From the NCBI RefSeq assembly GCF_022539665.2, contig NC_081331.1, forward strand, positions 5,332,001-5,396,000: DNA of 64,000 bases, written 5' to 3'. The notes beneath the pieces are model-generated. The model had not been told where the DNA came from. It was given only the letters and a program-made list of their open reading frames with translations, and made no database searches. Both the position numbers and the translations under genes were made by a program. Shown here piece after piece: positions 1 to 11,574 of this stretch; positions within the stretch are counted from its first letter, which is position 1, and each line of letters opens with the position of its first letter. The stretch comes from Daphnia carinata (lineage: Eukaryota).

Positions 1-933
1 TATCAACCTATACTGAGAAAAGCAAAACACCATTAAGCATCTCAATTGTTGCTCATGTGACTTACATGACTCATAGATTCAACTTCTGGCAGAAGCTTGG
101 GAAAGGCCATACAAATTGCAGATGAAAATCATTGTATAAGGCTCTTGAATGATAAAATAGCACCCGTAGAATGTTGCATTGTTGATAGCTGTGTTCCCAG
201 TATGCTGAAAATCCTTTCCTATTGGATAAATTTTTTTTTGTAGATTAGACATGGTTGGCAAAAAGGAGGAGAAATGCTTCGTCATAAATTCAAAAATTTT
301 TCAAGAAAATTTCTTTCATACCTAAAGAGTCCATGTATGATGTTCATCGCTGCAATGCCAGCGAAGTGAAACATCTTTAGGGCCATTTATGTACCCAGCT
401 TCACCAACACTCTGAACGTTAAGGACAAGTTGTTCTTTAGCAAGAGAAGCAGAATTATTTGAGGCTTCTAGCTGTGACAGAACTATAAAGGATTGCTGTT
501 ATACAGGATTCATTCACACAAGATGGTACTTCTCATTAGACAATTTGCATACTCTATTACTTTACCTCATACCTTAACGGCAATGCACTCTCAGTGTTTT
601 TTCAACTGTAGGCTCACTCTTCCATCCTGTAACACTTCCAGACTTGACTTGATCCCCCGCTAAAATTCTGTGAATGTAAAACAATAGCATTAAAAATACT
701 TTTTCGATAGACAAAAAACCAAAAAGTACCTAATCCATGTTTGATGTTGAGCTCATGCCGTTTCTGGGTTTCCGTACCACACCCATTTTCGGCAGACTTT
801 ATGGCAATATTAATCAAAGCCACACGTCCCACTATGAAATGGATGTTGAAAAGCAAATAAAAACCTGTTGAGATGGATATCAGGAGAATCAGAATAGATC
901 TCAATCAACTTCAGTTATTCCCTTCCCTATAGT

Positions 934-1033
934 NNNNNNNNNNNNNNNNNNNNNNNNNNNNNNNNNNNNNNNNNNNNNNNNNNNNNNNNNNNNNNNNNNN
1001 NNNNNNNNNNNNNNNNNNNNNNNNNNNNNNNNN
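934..1033. other. Assembly gap (100 N, probably a placeholder of unknown true size)
   Basis: Exactly 100 N. The WDR11 reading frame runs into it and does not resume on the other side. Confidence 0.95.
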
Positions 1034-4000
1034 ATTAACAACGGGAATGAAATTCGTTCTCGTGCATCTTCCGCTAAGGACGAGCTGCACTGATTTAATG
1101 ATATGTCAAAGACCCTTATGGAACCGTCAGAGCACGCTAATAGTGGTCTGTCGGAGGCCGACCATTCTGCATCCAAAATAGAAAGATAATCTCGAAAAGG
1201 GGAATTTTTCCATTGTCCCAACCGCTCGCTTTCTGTATGACAAAATATATTTTTTTTGCAACCACTCAACGTTGAATATCAAAACAAATTCTCGTTACCT
1301 TTCACATCCCAGATATCAAGACCTTCCATATGAAGTACGAGTAGCTTCATATTATTCTTCCCTGGAGCAAACCTTAATTTCCGAATGGGACTCTTGGAGT
1401 GGGGCAAGGGACGGAAGTGGCGTGTTCTCCATTCCCAAATGGCGACGCCACCTTCTGCGTCGCCAAGAGCCATCCACTCGCTTTTCCATGCCATTGAGAC
1501 GATCCCGTTCAAAGTGTTCTAATAAACACAATTCATAAGCAATTATTGATTTGACAGCAAAACATTAAAGAATTACCGGCGGCGACAGTCGTGCACCGTC
1601 TTTGACCACACTTCCATCGACAGTCAAGTGGTAAAGATTTCCATCCGGATCAGCGAACACAAAAAACTCCTTTACGCTCATACCCGTCAACAAGGTGACA
1701 CCTATCAAAGTAAAGATTATGGCACTAAAACAATTTACTCAAATAGACGAGGACGCTTTACTTGAATCTGAATCTTCGGCTAGAGATTTCTTTACATGTC
1801 GCTGAAGATGGGAAGGTAGCCACTCTAGACTAGTGATGGTAGGAAAACGTTTCGGGAGTGTGCGGATAAGAGTCAAATGACGCAAATCCCACAGCTCAGG
1901 TGGCGCTTCCTTAAAGACTACCATAAAGTATTGCTTTAACGGCGAAACGCGCACGAGCTCTATTGGCGATTCTTCTCCTCGATCGGCTCGAATTGACACT
2001 ACCCTTCCCGTTTGAACGTTTGTCAAGAGGATTTCGTTACGCACCCATCCACCAATTGCAGCCGGAGGAGACTGTGCGTGGCTAAGAAATTCATCCATTT
2101 GAATCCATTCGATGCCTAAGAAAGAGAAACCAAAGACTGAAATAAAAAACACAAAATATTAAAATGGCATCGTTTTACCTTTAACAGCGTAGTTATGCAC
2201 AGCAAGTTCCTTTTTGATCAGGCCAGATGATACATCACAAACTTGAATGGTTCCATTTGCGCAACCGATTGCTGCCAGTGGTTGGTAGTATTGCCAATTT
2301 TTAACAGTGAGTGGTGGACACATTTTCATAACGAACTGATTGGAAGAGGGTACGTAGCCAGATAATGATGTCAGCAATCCTGAGAGACAGAATTTGAGTG
2401 AAAGTTTGCTATCACAGTTGGTCCACAGGGGAGGCATGATTTCGGCTAGACATCCCTGCTGTTTCATAACGTTTGAACTAGTAAGATAATAGAAGTAAAT
2501 TAGGCGTTAATACTGAATATGACAGATGATCACACCTCAAGTCGTAGAAGTAAAGCCTTCCGTCAGAAAGCAGGAGAACTGTACGGGATTCTAGAAGAGG
2601 ATGCAAAGCAGCCCCAAGGATTTTGTTGTTTTTGGTTAACCTAATACTGTCTGTCTGTGATCGTTGTTCGTAATGTAACTCAACATCTAATTCTGGTGTG
2701 TTCCACGGAGAATGGGATGGGGTCGTAGTTTCCATTGATTGCATGATTCCTTTTCTGATTCGGCCACTCAACGAGCCAGACTCGTGGACACAAATCAATA
2801 CATCCCTTTGACGACATAGTATCAGTTGTTGTAGTGGAGAATAGCTTCGGTCCGTTGACAGCAAAACCGCGACTGTATGGTGGATGCGTAGGTCTACCAG
2901 AAGGATTTCCCTGGCATAGACCAAGCAAATTATGTGGCGTAAACAACGATGGAAGCTAAGCTGAAGGCATTCATTAAGTGAAGTCATGCCCTGCTCTTCT
3001 GGGCGGGGGGCAGATTCGCCAACAATGATGTCTCGCATCAATTTACGAAGCCGATCACGAGAGCGATCGGAAGAGCTGGTTGGGAATGAAACACTTGGAG
3101 TACCAGGTGTTGTGGCAGCTTTTGGAGACGAAATATAGAACTTCCGACCATTGCTGGAGGAGGCTTTATATAACGAAAAATCTTCCACGAAAAGGATGCA
3201 ATCAGGACATAGAACTGCAGCGTAAACATCGGAGAGTAATTAGTTAGATTGGATTTTCTAATTAGACACCTCGGTTCGGAAATTACATGCCAGTCGTGTA
3301 GAATCAAATGGATCTAAATCTATTGCAAGAATATTTTCAGTATATGTTTTTTTCCATAATTTATTTCCTGTTGTGACATCCCAGACCACAAATGAATAAG
3401 GAGGGTGTATAACCATCAGATACTTTTCACTTTGGTCAAAGTGTTTGGACCACATCATATCTAAAGATGAAGACGAACAGTTACATTAACTAGAGCATGG
3501 TAACACTGAAAAGACCATTACCTTGTATGGGTCTATTCCCATCACTTAAAATGTGTAATGCCACACCAGTTATCACATCCCAAATGATTATCAGACCTGA
3601 AGTATCAGCAGATGCAAGAAGTATAGGTTGATATGTCGATTTCTGGGTTGACGCACCCGACATTGTGGCTCCTGACATTATTCGTCCAGGCCATTTTACC
3701 TTTTTTAAAACCACAAGGCTAACAAGAAATGGATTTTCAACTGAATGAAACAATGAGCATCAAACCTTGACTATAGCTGCTTTATGTTTATCTAGTGTTT
3801 GAACCACTTGTAACACAACAGTATCAACTACCACAACTGTGTAATTCGAGCCATAGGCTAGAAGACTGGTAGAACTCCTGTGAAATCAAATTTTTATTGG
3901 GAAGATATTTTTTGATTTTACTTCATATTATAGAAAAAGACATATAATTACCAATCTAGTGCCCCCTTGTTTTTTATGCAACAGGCGGCCGTCAAGCTTC

Positions 4001-4049
4001 GAGGCAATATCCGAGGATAGTTCGCCTCCTTCTGGGTGGTTTCCTCCAT
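1034..4049 (-). CDS. WDR11: WD repeat-containing protein 11, multi-exon, 3' end lost in the gap
   Basis: ATG at 4049 (MEETTQKEANYPRILPRSLTAACCIKNKGALDW). Later exons encode LASADTSGLIIIWDV, IHPPYSFVVWDVTTGNKLWKKTYTENILAIDLDPFD, RKFYISSP, VRVSPLKQY, IRKLRFAPGKNNMKLLVL and SDRPLLACSDGSIRVFD, which follow the known WDR11 sequence order. GT-AG introns. Confidence 0.92.
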
Positions 4050-4403
4050 TTTTCAAAAAATATTTCGCAACCCTATAGCTTGCTAAGCATAATTAATATT
4101 CCTTAATAATGTAGGGGATTTTTATTTGGCAAGGGATGAATTAGAACTTATGAAACCGGGGGTGTGACCACTTATATCCCTACACACTTAAGAGAACAAA
4201 AATGTATTGTCTAACACCAATGGGAGCAATTCAGTGGTAGTACTTGCACAACATGTGTCGTCTGAAAGAGCAGACTACATATCTGTTCTGCCTTGTTCTG
4301 TTTGTTTTTAAATTTGATTTTTCGACTAGCTTGCCTACCTACTAACCTGTTAGCAGCACTACTGTACGCCCCGTTAGAAAACAAACCCCACAGTAAGGAA
4401 AAC

Positions 4404-4945
4404 AAAAACTTATTGGTATCGAAGAGGGTCACATAGCCCGATGATAAGCTGCCTGCATCCATGAACCGTCTTTCAGGCCATGGGGAGAACTTACGAACAA
4501 CCTACGGGTTACGATCACCTCTTCTCTACCTCAGTTTGTGGGTCGATCTTCAACATGTAGTGAACGGTACTACAGATCGATATGAAACGTCTGTATACGT
4601 GTAATGTCTATGTATGTAGGTGTATGTGTGTTTTTTTTAGTGTAGTGCCATTTTTAGCCCCTTTATAGTAGGCATGGCTCTTCTTTCTTCTTATTTCTTT
4701 TTTCATTTGGTGATGAAGATGTGGAATCTTGCATTATCCGATGATGTGAAGAATCTTGCGAATCCGATGTGATGTATCTTGCGAATTGAGACCTTGAGAT
4801 GAATCTTCAATGATGAGGGAGAGGGTGGTGGGAGGAGAGCATGGAGGGAGGAGAGGAGGGAATGGAGGGCTTGGAAATTGGAGGTGGCGGGATTTGAACC
4901 CGGGACGACAGAATACGAAGGTGATAACCATTGTGCCAGGACCGC
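4404..4945 (-). mobile_element. tRNA-derived Pol III-type element (SINE-like or Pol III ncRNA candidate)
   Basis: Minus-strand A box TGGCACAATGG (4938-4928), B box GGTTCAAATCC (4900-4890) in a CGGG-TTCAAAT-CCCG T-arm hairpin, followed by CACCTCCA. No intact anticodon arm or acceptor stem. First T5 run on this strand is at 4408-4404. Confidence 0.5.
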
Positions 4946-5418
4946 ACATTCCAACCAAATTTTGCTTTGGGTGTCACCCATTCAAATAGGCAGCTTATGT
5001 ACTAGGCAACCATAAATGAAGTATAGCGCTGTGGTATCGTTCACGGCTGCCATCCTAATTTTGCGGGGTCGAATCTGTGTTGTTACATTACGTAATTTTT
5101 TTTTTGCCTTTGCGGTTTCCATAATTTTTCGTGAAACTTTTTTTTTATTTGGGTCAATTTGGTAAACGATAATATTTATTTTTTTAAACTGTTTTCATGC
5201 TTAGAGAAACTAAACATTATGAAAATATGCAACAATGCAAAGCAGAATAAACAATCGTCTGCGCACGGCAAAGAGGGTTAAAATATATCTCGTTGTGTTT
5301 GCCTCACTTTTTTTCAATTAAAGTTATATAATAAATATAAAGAAATAGAAATATTTTTGTAGGCATACCTGGAACTCTTAAAACAATTTAGCAGATTCAA
5401 AAATCAAGGTTAATTTCC

Positions 5419-6193
5419 ATGTCAAATTCACATCTGTTTTTACCATCAGGGTTCCTTCGAACCCCTTTACAAAATGGACTGGGACGTTATATTCCACAAC
5501 TTCAAAGGATTACGCTCAAATTTTGTAAAAATCATGGAGGAAGCCGTGGAGTCCGGTACATTAAGTGTGCTTTACATATTTCGAAAATCGAAACAACTTA
5601 CATGTTTTGTGCAATTTCAGAGACTTCATTGAATCTGATCTGATGGAGTTTGCAAAAACCAATCCTGGAACAGTTGTCTATTTGAAACCTAGAAGGCACC
5701 GTTCCCCTTGTATGGTTGCAGAATACTGTAAGGATCACTAATTTTTATTCCCTCCAATTTTTTGGAAATATCTGTAAAGATAGCAAAATGACTATTCTGC
5801 AACATTGCATTGATACAGTAAATGGAGAACGTGAATATTTGAGCTGCCATGAGTTCAACAGAGATGAAGTCCTTAAATGGCTCAGTTATATGTGTACTAG
5901 ATCAGGAACTCCTGTAATGAGATTCAGAAAGTATCAACACACTGATTACCCAACCATACAAGGAGTTTGGAATCCTTTCACCCATCAAGCACCAGAGATG
6001 AATTTAGCAGAATACCCTCATGTAAGGACAGAATGTATTATCTTATAAGTAAAAAATTGGTTATTGTTTACCCATTATCTTATAGGAAGTTCTGTCTAAG
6101 CCTATTGATCACGGGCCGACTGCAACTGAACAGTTGATCGAAATTTTCAAGAAAACACAAATAGAAGACCCGGCAAGTAAACCAACAAACTAG
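5419..6193 (+). CDS. MRPL43: 39S mitochondrial ribosomal protein L43 (exons ~5419-5555, 5621-5727, 5819-6021, 6086-6193)
   Basis: Spliced frame [75 protein letters not shown]...[15 protein letters not shown], the mL43 signature. Splice phases are consistent; TAG at 6191-6193. Confidence 0.95.
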
Positions 6194-6304
6194 AACGTTA
6201 GGCAATAGCCAAGCCAATACAGTTTAGATAGAAATTTTTCAACAAGATTTATTTTCATGGTAAAGATTTAAGATCAAATCAAAACCAGGCAAAATTTGCT
6301 GTAA

Positions 6305-8982
6305 TCAATTTTGTACACCATTCTTAACTAAAGCCAATTGCTCTGATGCGATATCCTTTTCCCAGAGTTTCATATGGTCAGTCTGTAAGACTTTAGAGAT
6401 TAAAGCCTCTAGTTCTGAATTATGAAACTCTTCGGCGCACAATTTTTTCAAGTTGATCGGGGTAGATGACGGTCCGGGTACAGCAGGCTGGAAAGCCAGA
6501 AGGGAAGGATCGTATTGTTTATGTAACTCCAGTGGTGTCCTAAGCGTAAGCATTAACATCGGTCAATCCATATAAACATGACTTTCATTAGGACATACTT
6601 TCGTGTTAATTCCATCGATAGAGCTCCGTTGCCAGTTGTTGGATTTTTAAGAAGAATGTGTCGCGCAAATTTGTTCACAATTGGATGGTAATGCCTGACA
6701 AGTGAATGCAGTTCCCATAAAGCAGTACTGCCTGCGTTACAGTGCTCGGGCTCTTCTAATTCTGCCAAGAAAGTTCCACTGCCGGAGGAGGTGTCAAGAT
6801 CCAGAAGCATATCTGTTTGCTTATGCGTCTGTTTGGGGGAGAAACCACCGATTACACAGAAGGTTAAATAAGAAAAAGCAAACTACTTACCATCATTAAG
6901 ATGCGGACCAAACTGAGCAGACCTATACTGCTATTATGTTGGACTTGAAGAGCCAAGGTTGCAACCCGCTTTGTGAATGCTAAAACGCGGTGGATAGAAA
7001 CCTTTTTCCTTCGTTTGATTAGCATGTTTTCGAGACAGTCTAGCGCGATGGGCATATCGGAATTCGAAGGCCCTACATTCAGTTTTCATGAGACTAGTGT
7101 CAATGAATTAAAAAAATTAATAAACCAAAATATGGCATACCAGCAGTAAGACTGAAAAGGACTTTGTACAAGTGGGAATAGAAGTGAAGAGGGTCGATGT
7201 TAAGTGCTTCTCCTTGACCAGAGAGCATAATGAGTACTACTTGAATCGCGTACAAACACTGCCGGTAATCAAGCTGATCGTTGGCGATGAGATTATTGAA
7301 AACTTCCACCAAGTCGGTAAAGAAATCCACGTTAATTGTATGTGCGAATCTGTGTACAAAAACAGAATATTATTAGCTACGAATTGTAAAACATATAACA
7401 AGTAAATGTATATAAGTACACACTTTGCCAATCCCTGCAAGACGACACCCATAAGACCAGATTTTGGAGCCATCTTCAGGATGCGAAAGTAAATGGTGAA
7501 AACCAATTTAACCGTTTCTGTCTGGTATTTACTTTTACTTCCTTTGCTATGCTCTGCTCTAGCAACAACAATTTCTTTCTCCAGTCGTTCAATCTTCTTT
7601 CTTCGACGCCTCTCGTTCTTTGACAATATGAGGAGTTTTTCTTTTCTCGTCAAAGTTTTGTACCGATTGATTTCCTCCTCTCTTTCCTTGTCTAAATTTA
7701 CATCTTTGATTCGCAATGCAATAAGGATGTCCAAGCAGTCGGGTGGAATCTGGTGGTGTCGTTTATTTTTAATCAAGTGATTAACTTGTCGAACAGCGTG
7801 CAGGGATATCTCCCCTTTCTTGTCGTCTTTGAAGAGTTTTTTAAACGCAGAACAGACCAAAAGTCGCACCTCGTCCATCTTGTGAGCCGTAAATGGAATC
7901 AAAGCGTGTACGATATTTTTCGAAAAATTAAAGTGTGGCATAGCCACTAACAAATCACTTAAGCATTTTAACGCAAAAATCGCAACTCGCTTGGCACGTT
8001 CTTCAAGATTTTTCGGATTTTTTTTCATCTCCTTCAGCGGTGCAAGTGTATCTTCTAGTTTTTTAAGAAACATTTGATAGTACTTAAGGAGACGTGCTTC
8101 GTTTCCGTAGACTTCTCTGGTAAGTTTCTTTAGTCGTTCACCAGGCTTAGAAGTAGATTTAATTTCAAATCCTGGTGCCAAATCTTTGAAAAGTTCCACC
8201 AGACTGGCAGACACTAGTTTAAAACCAGTGATGAAAATGTCTGGAGTGAGTGTATTGTACAATTTCAATACTGCACTGATATGCTCCATTCGTTCATCCG
8301 GGTTTTCAAGAATATTGCTCGACGACGACCCAATCAGCGCTTTTAGATCTTCAAGTTTCTGTTTGCGTTGTGCATACATCTCTGCCATGCTTTTGGGAGC
8401 TTCTTCTTTTTCAGCATCCTCATCTTCATGATCTTCCTCTTCATCAGACGTTTGGTAGTCAACCTCAATTGACTGCTCTACAATACCCTGCTTAGTTTTA
8501 ATTGGCAAAAGGTGCTTTGTTTCTTTCTTTGTCAACTCCTTATTGAACAGTTCTTCATTGTACTCTTCTTCAACATTATTACTCTTTTTTTCTTCTAATT
8601 TTCTTTTCTTTGGTAAATTACCATTCTGTTCTTTTTTTGTTGCATTATTCTTTAGGAAAGTAACATCTTCTTCATCCATCATATCCATCATTTCATCAGC
8701 TTCGAAGTCATCTTGGATAACTACTGGGTTTTTCGCAATTGGTTTGGTGTTATTCATTTTCTTTTTCTTACTGATACCTGGAATAGAGGTTGTAGCATTT
8801 TTATTACTTTGCGGGTTCAGGCGGCTGTTGTTTGGCTGGGTTCTATCCCCGGGTCGCAATTTCGTTTTGACCACAGGTTGACGTACTCTAGCACCAGCCT
8901 TGTAAGTTTTCTTGTGTTTCATGTGGCTGGCTCGCTTAGTTTTGCTAACCACCATCGTTTTTTTGGCACCTTTCTTTGCCAT
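6305..8982 (-). CDS. NOC3L: Nucleolar complex protein 3 homolog (CBF/Noc domain), multi-exon
   Basis: Basic/acidic N-terminus followed by [68 protein letters not shown] and LVRHYHPIV, all typical of NOC3L. Large first exon 8982-~7422. Confidence 0.93.
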
Positions 8983-9105
8983 CTTAACAGGTTATGACAA
9001 TAATTGGAGCGAACTTGTTCCCTAATATGAAAACAAAAACAAGAACGAGAAATACACCACGTAAGTTTTGTCCAAGTCTAATTCAGACGGCTTTTGGAAA
9101 ATCAC

Positions 9106-9111
9106 CACGTG
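9106..9111. promoter_or_regulatory. CACGTG E-box upstream of NOC3L (candidate Myc/Max site)
   Basis: CCACGTGA lies 124 nt upstream of the NOC3L ATG. Ribosome-biogenesis genes are established Myc targets. Confidence 0.45.
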
Positions 9112-9434
9112 AAGTTCTCCGCGTAGTACTGAAACTTGTCGGTAGAGGACTTGTGAAGAAGAGATGAAACGGACTGTATTGAACCAGACCAGAACTCCAT
9201 GTTTTAAGCGCGATTCGCAAAGATTCAGAAGCTGACTGGTTTATTTTCTTTCTTGTAAGAAATATATTCGTTCAAAAGAAATACTCAATACTTCCATTCC
9301 TCTCCAAATTCTTTTTATTGTGACAACACGGAAAATGCATCGTTTTATGACAGAAAAACAAACCAGTTATTCATTTATGAAGTATAATTTTTTTCCTTTT
9401 CCTAAATCGACAAAATAGACATTCGAGGGAAACA

Positions 9435-9824
9435 TCAGCAATCTTCAAATTCTTCATCTTCGTCTTCGTATCCGCCTTCTTCATCCATTTCTGTTGGGCC
9501 ATTTTCATCCTCCGTGCTTTCAAAGTTATCTTCTTCGTCGTCTTCATAACCACCTATTTCTTCTTTAAATTCAAGTTCTTCGTTTATTTGTCCTTCCTCG
9601 TCCGCAGAAGAGTCAAATACTGCCTTATCATTGGCTTTGGACGCTATTGAAACTTTGTCTTGTGTTCCTGCTGCATTGGTGCTCTTCACCTTTTCGATTG
9701 CTTCAGGTTTTGTCTGTTGAAGTGCAACATTCACGTCAAACGCTCTTTTCGGTTTTACAGAGGGCACTATTTGTTCTCTCTCGATCGCAAAGGAACCAGA
9801 AGATACTACTGGCCCTGTGGCCAT
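9435..9824 (-). CDS. Single-exon 129-aa hypothetical protein with a very acidic C-terminal half
   Basis: ATG in AAAATGG context and an open 129-codon frame. Minus-strand AATAAA at 9319-9314 downstream; CACGTG at 9921-9926 upstream. No family recognised. Confidence 0.55.
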   Translation of the reverse strand: MATGPVVSSGSFAIEREQIVPSVKPKRAFDVNVALQQTKPEAIEKVKSTNAAGTQDKVSIASKANDKAVFDSSADEEGQINEELEFKEEIGGYEDDEEDNFESTEDENGPTEMDEEGGYEDEDEEFEDC

Positions 9825-10367
9825 TTTTCACAACAATTTTTAACTACTTCTCTGACAACACTTCATACGAGATCAAATTTTTTTCAGTCTCATAGCCAGG
9901 ATGAACTCGGTAGAAGTATACACGTGCGAAGCCAGCAGTGACACACTGCGCAATGAGTACATTGCAATAATTTACGTTGCAGCAACGAATTTCTCAGACT
10001 GTGAAAATTGTCCACAATTTTTAAGATTAGAATATTTTTTCCCAAAAATGACTTGAAGACTCTCCCCCCCCCGAGAATAGGCTCAAAAAACGTATGCACT
10101 GCGAGTTCCTTTTGACTAAACAACAAAATAGGAAAACTACGTTCAATGCCACATGAAACTAATTTCCGTATGAACTATACAACTTTTGAATAAAGTAGCT
10201 TCGGAAAATCCATGTTTAAAAATCTTTAAACCTTTCAAGTAGTACAAGTTGTACATTGAGGTGGCGCGAAGTTAACTTACCAATGTTTTCTTAGGAAGTA
10301 CAAAGTAGCCGTACCGACTATTGTATTCCCCAATGATTCACAAAAAGTATGGATTGCTTTAGAACAT

Positions 10368-11191
10368 TTAACGTTTCACCTCCCCAAGATCATCAATTGA
10401 GTCTTCATCTATCTGAGGCCACTTCTCTGGAAGAAGATCAAACAGATCATCTTTGACATCGCCTTGAATGACAATTTCGTCGTCCCCCGTTACCGAGGCA
10501 CCGCACGCAAATTTGGTACCGAAAAACTTAGCTGCTGTTTTCAAATCGATGTCTGAAAAATTAAAACCAAGCTTGATGAAAAAAAAACAAAAAATATGAA
10601 AGTATGACTACCATATGACTTCAGTCCAACAACACATGTCAGCCTTTTCCTGCCACGGGGAGCAACACTCAAGCTGATTTTCTTGGGTCCACCCTCTTTT
10701 TTCTTGGGTTTAGACAAACCCTTGCCACCCCGTTTTTGTCTCTTCTTGTCATCCTCAGTCTCTTTTGATTCTTCTCCTTCATTCTTTCCATCTCCTAAGT
10801 AGATTATATAAAATGTACCCCAGCCATTAATATTTCAGGCAAAAAAAAATATTGAATCTAAATACCTATTCTTGCCTGCTTGGCAAACTCTGATGGCAAG
10901 TTTTTCTCGAACCATGCCTTGCACTTCTCATGTTCTGCATAAAATTCACAATACTAAAACAAATTGTGTCACTTTGCCAGGTTTTAAAAATTTTACTCAA
11001 TTAAATTGAATTCCTACCTCTGTTGGTAGTCCACAGTTTCCACAGTAAAGAACTGTCAATGGATAATCAACATCCGGCTTTGGGCCAACAGGTAATCCAG
11101 ATTCAGTAACATAATACTGAGGTTTGACAGCGACACTCACTACGGGAGTCTCTGAAACCTCATCTCCGGCAGCAGCACAATCTTCAGACAT
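10368..11191 (-). CDS. DENR: Density-regulated protein (translation re-initiation factor, SUI1 domain), 4 coding exons
   Basis: [21 protein letters not shown]...CKAW (Zn-binding N-terminus), [46 protein letters not shown] at 10370-10368. An acceptor just upstream of the ATG implies a 5'UTR intron. Confidence 0.95.
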
Positions 11192-11372
11192 TTTGATAAC
11201 TGAAAATGACATAAAATGGTATTATTATATGAGTAACGAGGAAAAGAATGATGGCTATTAAAACCGGAGAAAACAGTCCTATTATAATTTTACCAGATAT
11301 CTGTCTGTCTAAATTAATAGCAACTGACGTGGGAAATGATGACACAGTATGTAACTCTGTTTGCTTCAGGCT

Positions 11373-11574
11373 CTAGCAGACGGCCGAATCCGCGATTAAA
11401 ATCCGAATGATGTCGCTAGATGGCTATTCTTACTACCACTTTGAACGAGGAAATAAACGAACGAGTGCATGTGTGCCCTAACGAGCGCTAGACATTCCCC
11501 CTAACTTCCTTAGGGACAAAAAAAAACTAATTATCGGCGACATTAACAGTGCCGATGACTGAACCATCTGGCGC
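11373..11574. promoter_or_regulatory. Cluster of CTCF-like motifs next to the DENR promoter
   Basis: CTAGCAGACGGC (11373-11384), TCGCTAGATGGC (11413-11424) and minus-strand GCGCCAGATGG (11574-11564) resemble the CCRCYAGRKGGC core. Confidence 0.4.

Noticed and set aside
4437..4472. Hammerhead ribozyme (Penelope-type)
   Set aside because: The core reads CCGATGA...GAAC rather than CTGATGA...GAAA, and no stem II forms.
4879..4945. Functional tRNA gene
   Set aside because: A and B boxes and a T-arm are present, but the acceptor stem does not pair and the anticodon arm is too short. Treated as tRNA-derived.
4110..5087. Solo LTR (TGT...TGTTACA ends)
   Set aside because: No matching 4-6 bp target-site duplication for any candidate left end, so it cannot be supported.
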